Assembly: GCA_963815195.1 (NCBI GenBank)
Contig: CAWFGE010000020.1
Coordinates: 160,001 to 224,000 of the forward strand
DNA: 64,000 nucleotides
Source: an uncultured Planctomycetaceae bacterium
Lineage (GTDB): Bacteria; Planctomycetota; Planctomycetia; Planctomycetales; Planctomycetaceae
Direction of reading: 5' to 3'
Positions within the stretch are counted from its first letter, which is position 1; every line of letters starts with the position of its first letter. The position numbers and the translations under genes were made by a program. The notes beneath the pieces are model-generated. The model saw only the letters and a program-made list of their open reading frames with translations. It had not been told where the DNA came from and made no database searches. Shown piece after piece: positions 54,101 to 64,000 of this stretch.

Positions 54101-55029
54101 CGAAGCCCGACTTGCCGGTGTTCTCGTCCAACGCGACATACACGTGCTCGCCGCCGGAATAGAGCTGCCCGTCCGCCAGCACCGCCCGCGTGCCGCCGAC
54201 CACGCCTTCCCGCCGCCAACTGATGGAGGGTTTATGCTTGAGTTCGCCGGTTTTGCGGTCGATCATCGCCGGCAGCGATCGGCCCGAAGGCACGAACAGG
54301 CCGTCTTTGCTGGTCAGCAGATAGCCCTGCGGGGACAGGTCGTCCCGCCCGGCGTCGGCTTCGCTGATGTTGTCCCGCTTCCACACGACTTTCCCGGTCT
54401 TGGCATCGACGGCGTAAACGTAAACGTCCTCGTGCGGGAAAATCCCCGCGCCGAAATAGGCGATGCCATCGGTAATCGTAATCCCCGTCCGCACCGGCCA
54501 GCGGGAGATCATGCTGCCCCGCGCGAGCAGCCATTCCTCGGCGGGACCGGCCCGCAGCTTCCAGGTCAACCGCCCGGTGAGGGCATCCACCGCGTAGGCG
54601 AAGCCGTCGTCCGAACCGAAATACACCTGCCCTTCCCAGACCGTGGGAGCCAGGCGAATCGGCCCGCCGGTGGCAAACGACCAGTGGGCTTTCCCCGTCT
54701 TCAAATCGTAGCAGTGCAGATGATGATCCACCGAAGACCCAAAATACAGCCGGTCCCCCACCACGGCGACTTGGAACGTGTCATCATAGTTCACACGGTG
54801 GCGAAGATGGTGCCCCTCGAACGTCCGCTCGTCCGGCCCGGCCCACGCGGTCTTGGGCGGCGCCGGGGCTTTATAAACCCAGGCCGATTTCAACGGCACC
54901 GCAATCTTCTCCGGCGTAAACCCCTGGCGGGTGCTGTCGTGCCGATACGTCGGCCAATCCTCCGCGCTCGATGCGATTTGTGAAAACAACGGAAACCGCG
55001 ACCAACAACATCAGGGGCACAAATCGCAT
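51128..55029 (-). CDS. Large PQQ-propeller / SAM-methyltransferase-like / PQQ-propeller / malectin-like protein; indels near 54985 and 51462
   Basis: Signal peptide, DWPTYRHD, GFCLIVGAETG...ANLIV...LKPCGG, WTHLYANAGN, HHCG/RLGCW/GCVC, C-terminal 'VRLYFAD...LNAIEV'. Confidence 0.82.
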
Positions 55030-55106
55030 GCGGGGGTTCCTCGATAAAAAATGGCGGGCAAGGGCCGTCGGGCCCATGATTTCGTCCGTTGACTCCAAGC
55101 AGGCTT

Positions 55107-55753
55107 TCAAGGGATCTTCAAGTGCTGGACCCAGGCGGGCGGGCAGGTTGACGAACACCCAACTTCGGCGGACGCGGTGCTGGCTGAGGTAGGGGGTGAT
55201 GATTTCATCGAGCGATCGCATCCGCTGTTTTTCGTCCCGGCGGCCGATGCGCTTGCGGAGCGACCGCACATACATGTATTCAAAATAACTCAAGGTGCCG
55301 CCGGGGGCCAGCAGCTTGAAATAACTCTCGAAAACTTCACGAACCATATTGGGCGAAAAATTGTTCAAGGGCAATCCGGAAATGATGAAATCATAAGGGG
55401 CGTCTGCCGCGAACTCCTGGAGGGGCAGGACGTGCACCTGGGATTGCTCGCGGACCCGTTGGTAATGCGCGGTGCGACCCGAACCGCTCGTTCAACAGCT
55501 CCGCGAAGCTTTCGTTGAGTTCCACCAGATCGAAGCGGTCTTCGGGGCGGAGCAGCTTCACGATGGATCGCGTGACGGCCCCGGTGCCCGGACCGATCTC
55601 CAGAATCCGCTGGGGCGGCGCATCGGGCCGGCGGAGGGTTTTTTTCATGGGCCCCGTCATCGCCGACGCCAAAAACCGGCTGCTCGGCGCAATCGCCCCG
55701 GTCGTCTTAAACCGCTGCCGGAACTCGCGAAAAAACGTCAAATGATCCCGCAC
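55107..55753 (-). CDS. Phospholipid N-methyltransferase-like (PmtA-type) SAM methyltransferase; indels near 55460 and 55140
   Basis: TGAIAPSSRFLA, LEIGPGTG, IISGLP, LAPGG, NLP|PAWV. Confidence 0.82.
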
Positions 55754-55764
55754 GCGATACCTCG

Positions 55765-56727
55765 CTAATCATGGGGCTGACGCCCCACGCTCGCCATTCT
55801 TTCTTCCGCACCCCTTTGGATCTGCTCGATAATATCGAGTCCCACGAGGTCGTTCCATGCCGCGATCAATTTCTGATACACGGGGCCGGGGACCTGTTCG
55901 CCGAGGGCTTCTTCGTTCACGGCGGCCACGGGCATCAGGCAATAGGGCGTCGAGGACGTAAAAGCTTCCGTGGCGGTTCGCAGATCTTCGGGAACCAAAT
56001 CCCTTGTGCGGTAGGGGATTTTCAATTTCGCCGCCAGCTCCCGGACCACGGCCTGGCTGATGCCGCCCAGGCACCGCACCGGCGGCGGGGTGACGATTTC
56101 CCCGCCCAACACCGCGAAGAAATTCCCGGAACTGGTCTCGGTGATTCGGCCGTCTAAATCCAACACGAGTGCGGAAGCTCCGGGTTCAATGGACCGGACT
56201 TCCTGGTCGGCGAGAATCCAATGCAACCGGCTGCGATGCTTGATTCGCGGATCGATGCACTCAGACGGGATTGCCCGCACCGTTGGAATAATGAGATGCT
56301 GCCCCGCGGCGATCTTCTCGGCCCAAAGCTCAAACGGCAGCGGAAACGTATGCACGCAAACCGTGCACGGTTCGCGGTGTTCCATCCTGCCCACATAGGT
56401 CAAATTCGTGCCCGCGGTTGCGAACACAATGATCCCCAAGTCGTGCGAGGCGGGAATCAAAGCCGCGTTGTGCTCCACGACCTTGGCGAGAATCTCCTCA
56501 AGCTCATCCCGCCCCGCAGAGACTGAAAACCCCACCGCAGCGATCGAAGCAAACAACCGCTCCAAATGCTCCGCCACCCGAAACGGTTTTCCGCGAAACG
56601 TGCGAAGCATCTCCGTCACGGAAGCCCCATGCACCACGCCCCTGTCGAAGACATGGAGCGAGGTGTCGGCAATGGGTTTGTATTCGCCATTGATCCAGGC
56701 GATGGGTTCCGGCGTCGAGAGAGACAT
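55765..56727 (-). CDS. Aminotransferase class IV (IlvE/PabC-like)
   Basis: AWINGEY, DRGVVHG, HLERL, IKHRSR, ETSSGNFF, LGGIS, EAFTSST. Confidence 0.92.
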   Translation of the reverse strand: MSLSTPEPIAWINGEYKPIADTSLHVFDRGVVHGASVTEMLRTFRGKPFRVAEHLERLFASIAAVGFSVSAGRDELEEILAKVVEHNAALIPASHDLGIIVFATAGTNLTYVGRMEHREPCTVCVHTFPLPFELWAEKIAAGQHLIIPTVRAIPSECIDPRIKHRSRLHWILADQEVRSIEPGASALVLDLDGRITETSSGNFFAVLGGEIVTPPPVRCLGGISQAVVRELAAKLKIPYRTRDLVPEDLRTATEAFTSSTPYCLMPVAAVNEEALGEQVPGPVYQKLIAAWNDLVGLDIIEQIQRGAEERMASVGRQPHD

Positions 56728-56760
56728 GGAATGCGAAATCAGTTCCGTCATCAAGAAGAA

Positions 56761-57360
56761 TCAATTTTCCGGGAGCGGGATGATGTTCGCCAGCGGGATT
56801 TCCAAACCGGGAAGGCGCGCGGTCGTGTAGGAGTCGTCCGGCCCGAGTTCTGTTTCTGTAAAGCGGCCCTCTTCCAATCGCAACACGAGCAAGCGGTGTT
56901 CGAAGCGGTCCACGATCACGTATTCCCGCACGCCGATCCGCTCGTATTCCGCCCGCTTGTCTTCGTAATCCCGCCTGCGGTCGGCTGCGCCAGGGCTGAC
57001 GGTCTCGAAAACCAAATCCGGGATGCGATGGGGAAAAGCGGGGTGCTCCTCGTCCGTCTGTAAATAAACGGCGAGGTCGGGGAATCGTTCCGTGTTCTCA
57101 TCAATCACCACCCACGACTCTTCATAGACTTTTTCCACGATTCCCGGATGATTCACCTTGTAAATGACGAGCGGATCTCGGAAGAGATTCGTCGTGTCAC
57201 GGTGGCCTTCTCCCGCGGGTGTCATCAGAACCAATCTCCCATCGATGCGTTCAAACTTCCAGGGCTCTTGGAAATCCGCATCGGCAAACTCCTCGTGCGT
57301 GAGCGCCAAGCCTTCATCGTCTTTGGTGAGTGTCAGTTTGGAAGGGTTTGTTTGACGCAT
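56761..57360 (-). CDS. Uma2 family PD-(D/E)XK endonuclease, copy 1
   Basis: ERIDGRL, PDLAV, PDLVFETVSP, DYEDKRAEY, GVREYVIVD, LPGLEI. Confidence 0.93.
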   Translation of the reverse strand: MRQTNPSKLTLTKDDEGLALTHEEFADADFQEPWKFERIDGRLVLMTPAGEGHRDTTNLFRDPLVIYKVNHPGIVEKVYEESWVVIDENTERFPDLAVYLQTDEEHPAFPHRIPDLVFETVSPGAADRRRDYEDKRAEYERIGVREYVIVDRFEHRLLVLRLEEGRFTETELGPDDSYTTARLPGLEIPLANIIPLPEN

Positions 57361-57476
57361 GGGTCTCGTTAGCCTCCGGTTTCGATGCAGGGAGAATCGC
57401 AAAATGTGGAATACGAAACCTAATCCCGCAGGGTGACGTTTCAGTAGTTTTCCGCGCCGATCATCATCCTAAGGAG

Positions 57477-58076
57477 TCAATCTTCCGGGAGGCAGATGAT
57501 GTTCGCCAGCGGGATTTCCAAACCGGGAAGGAGCGCGGTCGTGTAGGAGTCGTCCGGTCCGAGCTGCGTTTCTGTAAACCGGCCCTCTTCCAATCGCAAC
57601 ACGAGCAAGCGGTGTTCGAAGCGGTCCACGATCACGTATTCCCGCACGCCGATCCGCTCGTATTCCGCCCGCTTGTCTTCGTAATCCCGCCGGCGGTCAG
57701 CTTCCGACTGGCTGACGATCTCGAAAATCAAGTCCGGCACGCGCTCGGGAAATGGCGGATGGTCTCTGTCCGTATACAGGTACACGGTGAGATCGGGAAT
57801 GCGTTCGGTGCCATCGTCAATGATCACCCACGACTCCTGGAACACATGCTCGATGATATTGGGGTGGCTATGTTTGTAGACGGCGAGTTGGTCTCGAAAA
57901 GGTTCCGCGGCGGCGTGATGTTCGAATCCCGAGGGCGTCATAACCACCAGCCTCCCCTTAACACGTTCATACCGCGATGGTCCCTGGAAATCCGCATCGG
58001 CAAACTCCTCGTGCGTGAGCGCCAAGCCTTCATCGTCTTTGGTGAGTGTCAGTTTGGAAGGGTCTGTTTGACGCAT
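57477..58076 (-). CDS. Uma2 family endonuclease, copy 2
   Basis: Same motifs, same 600-nt length, same GGAGG leader as copy 1. Confidence 0.93.
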   Translation of the reverse strand: MRQTDPSKLTLTKDDEGLALTHEEFADADFQGPSRYERVKGRLVVMTPSGFEHHAAAEPFRDQLAVYKHSHPNIIEHVFQESWVIIDDGTERIPDLTVYLYTDRDHPPFPERVPDLIFEIVSQSEADRRRDYEDKRAEYERIGVREYVIVDRFEHRLLVLRLEEGRFTETQLGPDDSYTTALLPGLEIPLANIICLPED

Positions 58077-58223
58077 GGGTCTCTTTAGCCTCCGGTGTCG
58101 ATGAAAGGGAACGCGGCCGAAGGGTGATCCGGGATTCGCGAGGGCACTCCAACCAGTGTACCAGAGACGCCCGTCCGCCGCTCTCGTTTTTTTGTCCGCG
58201 CCGATCCGCGGTTCCATCTCGCA

Positions 58224-60308
58224 TCAGGCTTGATCGAGAGCCGCTTTGAGGGCGTCTGTGCCGGCGATCGGGGCCTGGCAGGTGCCGTGCTCGCAGAGGT
58301 AGATCGCGGGCTTCCCGTCATCGGCCGTTTTGCCGGCGAGAAGTTCTTTCACCGCGGGCGAGAGATCTTCATCCGAGATATTCCGCGGCCGGCGGAGGAC
58401 GACTTTGTTCGGCAAGAAGCGACGATAAATTTCCCCGAGCATCGCCTGCGATTCGCCCGCATTCTCGCCGTCGGCCACGACTGCTTCGAGTGGATCGCCC
58501 AGGAGGAATTCCAAGGCGACGAGCGCCTGCCCCGAAGCCGAGGGAATGTTTTTCATTTGGCCGGCGAGCATTTCCAGCGTGCCCACGGCCCGATCTTCCA
58601 GGTCCCGCCGGCCGGTCAATCGGCCGAGTCTTAAGAAGGCCGTCGCCGCCATCGCGTTGCCCGAAGGCGTGGCGTTGTCCTGGCTGTCTTTCTGGCGGAC
58701 GATGAGTTTTTCGTGGTCACTCGCGGTGTAATAAAACCCGCCGGCCTCGGCATCGGCGAAGCGGTCGATCATCTGCTCGGCGAGTTCCAGGGCCGACTCC
58801 AAGTAGCGAGTTTCAAACGTGGCCTGATAGACTTCCGCGAGGCCGTCGAGCAGACAGGCATAATCATCAAGATACGCCGTGAACCGAGCCTGGCCGTCTT
58901 TGAAGCTATGCAAGAGACCGCCGTTCGCGGACCGCATGGAGTTCAGCACGAAATCCGCCGCCCGCGCGGCCGCGTCGGCATAGCGGTCTTCGCCCAAGAC
59001 CTGAGCCGCCATCGCCATCGCGGTGATCATCAGCCCGTTCCAGGAAGTGAGGACTTTCTCGTCCCGGCCCGGATGAACGCGGTTCTCGCGGACCTCGAAC
59101 AGCTTCGCCCGGCACTCCGCGAGCATCGGTTCGAGTTGGTTCTCGTCCATCTCCAACGTCTTCGCGGATTCGGCGAGCGAACGCGGCCGATTGAGAATCG
59201 TCTTTCCTTCCCAATTGCCGCCGGGCGCGACATCGTAACATGTCCCGAAAATCCGAGCCCGGTCCGCCCCCAGGTGCTCTTCAATCTCGGCCGCGGTCCA
59301 TACAAAGAATTTGCCTTCCTCGCCTTCGCTGTCCGCGTCCTGCGTGCTGTAGAAACCGCCGTCCGGCTGCGTCATTTCTCGGAGCACATAATCCAGCGTG
59401 TCGCGGACGACATTTGCATAAGACTCGTCATGCGTGGCTTGATAGGCTTCCAGATACGCGGGCACCAACAGGGCGTTGTCGTAGAGCATTTTTTCGAAGT
59501 GAGGCACCAGCCAGCGGGCATCGGTGGAATACCGATGAAAGCCGCCGCCCAGATGATCGTAAATCCCGCCCCCGGCCATTTTGTCCAGCGTGAAGATCAC
59601 GTGCGCAAGCGCGGGCTCGCTCCCGAACCGCTTCCAGGATCTCAACAGCACCCGCAAGTCGAACGGATGCGGAAACTTCGGCGCCCGGCCGAATCCGCCC
59701 TCGGCCGTGTCGGCGTGCCGTAATAAATGCAGCGCCGCCTGCTCCAAATACTCTTCCGAAAGCGCTTGCCGCCCGCCAGCGCGCTCGGCCTCTTCGACCA
59801 AAGCATTGGTGAGTTGCAGGGCCTGGCCGTCGAGTTGATCGCGTTTATTTTCCCACGCATCCGCGACGGCTTCCAACACCTGCGGAAACCCGGGCCGGCC
59901 GTAAAGCGGCGTCGGCGGCCAATAGGTCCCGCCGAAAAACGGCCAGGCGGCTGGCGTCAAAAACACCGACATCGGCCAACCGCCCTGCCCGGTCAGCGCG
60001 AGCACCGCCTGCATGTAAATCTGATCGAGGTCCGGCCGCTCTTCCCGATCCACTTTGATATTGATGAAGTGCCGATTCATCAGGGCGGCGGTCTCGGCGT
60101 TCTCAAAACTTTCCCGCTCCATCACGTGGCACCAATGGCAGGCGCTGTAGCCGATCGAGAGAAAGATCGGTTTGTCCTGGTCGCGGGCCGCGGCCAGGGC
60201 TTCTTCGCCCCAAGCATACCAGTCCACCGGGTTCAGGGCGTGCTGCAAGAGGTAGGGACTGGTTTCGCGGGTCAACCGATTCGCGGGATGTGGGGAAGAT
60301 TCCGACAT
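58224..60308 (-). CDS. Thioredoxin-domain / glycosidase-like YyaL (SPATA20) family protein
   Basis: [64 protein letters not shown]. Confidence 0.95.
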   Translation of the reverse strand: MSESSPHPANRLTRETSPYLLQHALNPVDWYAWGEEALAAARDQDKPIFLSIGYSACHWCHVMERESFENAETAALMNRHFINIKVDREERPDLDQIYMQAVLALTGQGGWPMSVFLTPAAWPFFGGTYWPPTPLYGRPGFPQVLEAVADAWENKRDQLDGQALQLTNALVEEAERAGGRQALSEEYLEQAALHLLRHADTAEGGFGRAPKFPHPFDLRVLLRSWKRFGSEPALAHVIFTLDKMAGGGIYDHLGGGFHRYSTDARWLVPHFEKMLYDNALLVPAYLEAYQATHDESYANVVRDTLDYVLREMTQPDGGFYSTQDADSEGEEGKFFVWTAAEIEEHLGADRARIFGTCYDVAPGGNWEGKTILNRPRSLAESAKTLEMDENQLEPMLAECRAKLFEVRENRVHPGRDEKVLTSWNGLMITAMAMAAQVLGEDRYADAAARAADFVLNSMRSANGGLLHSFKDGQARFTAYLDDYACLLDGLAEVYQATFETRYLESALELAEQMIDRFADAEAGGFYYTASDHEKLIVRQKDSQDNATPSGNAMAATAFLRLGRLTGRRDLEDRAVGTLEMLAGQMKNIPSASGQALVALEFLLGDPLEAVVADGENAGESQAMLGEIYRRFLPNKVVLRRPRNISDEDLSPAVKELLAGKTADDGKPAIYLCEHGTCQAPIAGTDALKAALDQA

Positions 60309-60634
60309 GAGGGCCACCGCCGGGCAAAAGGAGAAAAGGCTGCGTCCACCGAATCCTAGAACCCCGCGGTGCGCGAAACAAGGGGGGACCCCCGATCGCT
60401 GCGAGCGAGAAGACCGCTTAGACAAAGCCATGCCGTTTTCCTTGGATTCTCTCGCACAGGCGCCCCGACCGGGGATAAGACGAGAGGGGAATTGGGGACC
60501 GGGTTTGGTCCACGATTTTTGGCTGGATGCTTTACTGCTTCTTGCCGATTCATTAACATCCGTGGGGCGATGCTCACCTCCCAACTCGCAACTCGGGTGG
60601 GTGTCAATAACGCGCCAGAGAGTATTGAAAACAC

Positions 60635-60709
60635 TGGCGGTGGCTGGGGTCGAACCAGCGTCCATCCGGATAGCGAGCCGGACGCTCTACCGCGCTGAGT
60701 TACGCCGCC
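60635..60709 (-). tRNA. Degenerate tRNA-like gene, identity undetermined (8-nt anticodon loop CTCGCTAT)
   Basis: Minus strand reads GGCGGCG TA ACTC AGCGCGGTA GAGC G TCCGG CTCGCTAT CCGGA TGGAC GCTGG TTCGACC CCAGC CACCGCC A. Full cloverleaf with C6:A67 and A10:C25 mismatches. Confidence 0.8.
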
Positions 60710-60944
60710 CAAGTGTCGTCTTTCTTCTTGATAATCTCTTGTCTCCGCTGTTCCTGTTCAAGCCAGTAGCGACTGAGAAATCGAATCAATGACCCAATTG
60801 GGAGTCCGACCAGAATTCCGTCGTGGCGGCACCAACCAAAAGAATTAAGCCGCCGAGTTCAGCTTGATTACGAGCCATGCCCCTTGGCCAATACCCAACC
60901 GAGGGGCAACTTGTTGGAAAGCAGTTTCGCCGCAAACGTTATTA

Positions 60945-61090
60945 TTCCGTCTCTCAGCTTTCACGTTGACTTCATTGGGCGCTTCATCGAAGTATGGAAA
61001 CAGCGCTGGGCAAAGCCAGCCTTCTGCTTTTGGCTCCTCACGGGAATACCACCACCCGCCGAACTCTTCCCGCAGCCGAGTCAGTTTGCG
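60945..61090 (-). pseudogene. C-terminal remnant of a DUF6717-like small protein
   Basis: Minus frame reads LTRLREEFGGWWYSREEPKAEGWLCPALFPYFDEAPNEVNVKAE with no in-frame start. Family assignment is from memory of the GWLCPAL motif. Confidence 0.6.
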
Positions 61091-61129
61091 CTTAGCCCGT
61101 AACGGTCGGCCGTAAAGTGTCTTTTTTGC

Positions 61130-63493
61130 TCATTTGGCCACGGCATCGCGCCCAAAGAATTGCAGACGCATTGGATTATCCAGCATGGCCTGTTCCACTT
61201 GATCTGGAGACCAAGCACCTTGATGTTGGGAAAACAGGACTCGGCTCCGTAAGGTTTCGCCTTCCAACTCCGGCGGCATGTCGGGCCAGCGGGCAACAAA
61301 GGTGCCCTTCTCCGCGCCTTTGCGGTCCCCCAGCCAGCTTGGGGCCGCGCCCGTCTTGGAGAACCACTCTTTCACCCGGTCCACATCCTGGTGCTTTCCA
61401 GGCGACCAATGATTTTTGTGGAGCTGTTGCCAAAGATTTCTTTGTCCACACTTCGCGGGCTTTGCGTGCAAATCAAGCACGAAACTCCAAACTTTCGCGC
61501 TTGGGAAAACAACCGAATCAGGGGTTCCTTGGCCGGTGGCTTTGAAGTCCCCGCGGGAACATAATCTCTGGCTTCATCCAAATAGAACAACAACTTCGGT
61601 CGCCCCTCGGTCGTTCCGGTGGCGATCATCCAACGATATACCTCGGCGGCGACCGATGCCACCAGAAACTGTTTCTCTTCATCGCTGACCATCGCATTCA
61701 GATAAATCACATTCAACGGCACCTTTCCCGGTTGAACTGGCGCATTAAGAACATCCATATCCAAAGGCACTCCCCCCTCGAAAAGGCTGGCTGAGGGACC
61801 AGAGCCGAATGTGTTCAAGGTGTGCGCGAGTTTTTCCCGCTCTGCTTTCTTGATGAAGAAATTGGCGTCCTCGATCCCGACCGACTCCGGGGAGAGCAAG
61901 GCGGAGAGAATGTCGTTGAGCTTCAGTTCATTCGAGTGTTCGCGGGGCAGCCGTTTCAAGATTTGGAACAGAAAGTTCTGTTGAGATGGCTCTTCTCCCC
62001 CGATGGAAGCCAGGCTCACGAGATTGTTGGCGACGTTGGTCAGCATGCTCTGCTCTTCCTCTTCACGCCGTGCCTCCGATGGCAAGTGTTCCAGGTCCTG
62101 ACTGCCGGGCAGTCGAATCGGATTCAGGCTTAATCGAATCGCGTGCGATGTTCCGGGCGTAAAGATGCGGGTTTCGACCTTTTCGCAAAACTCGCGCGCC
62201 AAACTTCGCCATTGGGCATCCACCGATTCCGGGGCGTGCTGGTTCAAAAATTGAACCAAGTCCCCCTGAGGATCGATCACCAGTGCCGGGATTCCGTTGC
62301 GAACCGCTTCCTCCGCGATGCATTTCGCCATCCAGGTCTTGCCGCTGCCCGCCGCTCCCACGACCGCCACATGAGTTTTGAGAACATCGGGATTCAGCCT
62401 GACAATCTGCCCGCGCTTCCCCAATACAAAGCTGGCCATCGGTTCTAGCGGGTTCAGCTTCCTCGGGTTGGGTGTTGTCCTCACGAGAATCCGGAGCGGT
62501 TTTCGTCGTCTCCTCGCTCTCCGGAATCGGCGTGACGTCCACGGTGGGTTCTTCGGCGGAGAGCGGGGTTTCCGTCCAACCGTGAAGCCGGTCTCCCGCG
62601 TCCTTGGCCCCCAAGCGGCGCTCGCATTCGTTGGCGTTGTTCCATCGGCAGGTGCCGCAAAACTCGGTATTGCCGATCGGCTTTAAGCCTTCCCCGGATT
62701 TCTCATTGTAGCGGACCCATTCCGCCATCGATGCCAATAAATCGTAGACCTCGTGTCGCTTCGCATAGACTTCCTCCCAGCGCATTTCGTGCATCACACG
62801 CTGAGGATGCAAATAAAGCACGGCCACGTCGGGCTTTGTCTGATGCTGATGATGGTGCATCAAGGCATAGGTCGAGACCTGAAACAGGTCGTTCGTCGGT
62901 TGATGAGAGGGCGTCAATTTGTAGTCGAGGATGCGATGGCTCTCCGTTCGCCAATCGAAAAAGACATAATCCAATGCCCCCGTCACATGAACCGGCTCGC
63001 GATTCGGACCGACGTGAAACGTCACATCCACGCGCTTGCGGATGTCTCCGAACAGATTTCGCACGATCTCCGTCGGGGAGAGTTCCAGCGATTTTGCGTA
63101 ATGGATAATTCCCGCCAATTCGCGAACATAAATTGCCAGAGCACGGATGAAAGCCTGCCGAAGAGGAATCGGCTTGGACGCGAGCTTCTCCAGATTTACG
63201 CAGTTGCGGTTGATGAAGATTCTCAGCTTCTCTTCGATTTTGACTTCGCTGTCGCCCTGCCGGACAATGGCGTCCACATCGGACGAGGTGCGGGCGATGT
63301 GATTGAACTTTTCGACCGCTTGATGAAACAGCACCCCGCCCGCCGTGGTTTCCGCATCACCGTCCTTCCAGATTCTGGTGACCCTGGGCGTCGTCAGCTT
63401 CTTTCTTTGGGTCCATTCCGAATCGAAGTAAAGAATTCGGGGACACGAGGCGGCAACGCGAACCTGCGTCACCGTAAAATGCACGGGCAACAT
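61130..63493 (-). CDS. Cas4/AddB-like PD-(D/E)XK nuclease fused to HerA/DUF87-like ATPase; compensating indels near 62420 and 61395
   Basis: CPR ... GALD ... DYK ... QVSTY ... CGTCRWNNANEC; then GAAGSGKT, DPQGD, LFYLDEA, RKFG, TQSP. The total span of 2364 nt is a multiple of 3. Confidence 0.85.
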
Positions 63494-63513
63494 AGCGACC
63501 CCAATTTATCCGC

Positions 63514-64000
63514 TTATTTTTTGAGTTGGAGAAACAGTCCGTCTTCGTATGTGTCGGCGTACAACTTGCCCTTTTCGTGCATCTGAATGGCGACGGTTTT
63601 GATCTGCCGGTGGGCTTCTTCGTGGTCCAGCGTCTGGTTCACGAGATTCCTGAGCACGACCGTGGCGATCGCGCTGGTTGTCAACCCCAGCCGCAAGCCC
63701 AGTTCCCCACGAATGATGGTCTCAATCTTCCCGGAGTCGAGTTGAACCGTGGGGACTTCCGGGGGAGCGTCCCCATCAGTAGGATCGGTTTCCGTGAGCA
63801 GTTCCCGCAAAATGGGTTGCTTTCGGAAGAGATCCTGGCGATGCAGGGATTCAATCACTTCTTCCGCGGTGACTTGCCGAGTCTTTCCCGGCGCAAATTC
63901 GATTTCAAAATCGTTGCTCCGGGCCTGGCCGATGACCATTTCCAAAGCGTCCAGCTTGGCATGGTCCTCGAAATTCATTTTCAAGTGGCGAAACGCATCC
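63514..64000 (-). CDS. C-terminal part of an uncharacterised protein co-oriented with the nuclease-ATPase (5' end outside the window)
   Basis: Frame open to the window edge; stop is 20 nt before the nuclease ATG; the C-terminal ~60 aa look winged-helix-like. Confidence 0.7.
   Translation of the reverse strand, partial: DAFRHLKMNFEDHAKLDALEMVIGQARSNDFEIEFAPGKTRQVTAEEVIESLHRQDLFRKQPILRELLTETDPTDGDAPPEVPTVQLDSGKIETIIRGELGLRLGLTTSAIATVVLRNLVNQTLDHEEAHRQIKTVAIQMHEKGKLYADTYEDGLFLQLKK

Noticed and set aside
60309..60665. N-terminal extension of YyaL ([11 protein letters not shown]...)
   Set aside because: It translates the T-arm of the tRNA-like gene and intergenic DNA; family similarity begins at [12 protein letters not shown] (60308).
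60635..60709. tmRNA 3' end
   Set aside because: D arm and anticodon arm are contiguous with the T arm, there is no G3:U70 pair, and no tag reading frame is visible.
9230..62430. Frameshifts as programmed quadruplet codons read by the 8-nt-loop tRNA
   Set aside because: The shift sites I examined share no AGCG or GCGA quadruplet, and they include both insertions and deletions.
62600..63493. CRISPR adaptation cas4 gene
   Set aside because: It is fused to a HerA-like ATPase, with no cas1, cas2 or array in the window; treated as a Cas4/AddB-like nuclease.
60310..64000. Prophage or integrative element
   Set aside because: No integrase, phage structural gene or att duplication is visible within the window.

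Overview
GC-rich bacterial DNA whose gene content points strongly to Planctomycetota, probably Planctomycetaceae: DUF1559 prepilin-like proteins with partner lipoproteins, DUF1501, DUF1080, DUF3500, sulfatases, PQQ-like propellers, a HEAT-repeat protein, a multiheme cytochrome with PA14, and Uma2 nucleases. Most of the window is ordinary carbohydrate/sulfate-scavenging and envelope genes. About 18 single-base indels split otherwise intact genes and are probably assembly errors. The right end (about 60.3-64 kb) looks accessory. It holds a degenerate tRNA-like gene with an 8-nt anticodon loop, a DUF6717-like gene remnant, and a candidate defence operon with a Cas4/AddB-like Fe-S nuclease fused to a HerA-like ATPase. 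Other notable signals: (1) two inverted copies, 24 kb apart, of a ~165-nt rod-shaped element with a central bubble (6S-RNA-like or MITE); (2) tandem Uma2 genes with near-identical ends but divergent middles; (3) an A9 slippery site joining a VWA/STN protein to a TPR/secretin-like ORF; (4) an enolase paralogue with altered active-site residues; (5) several REP and short-repeat families. All family calls come from motif recognition by eye; no searches were run.
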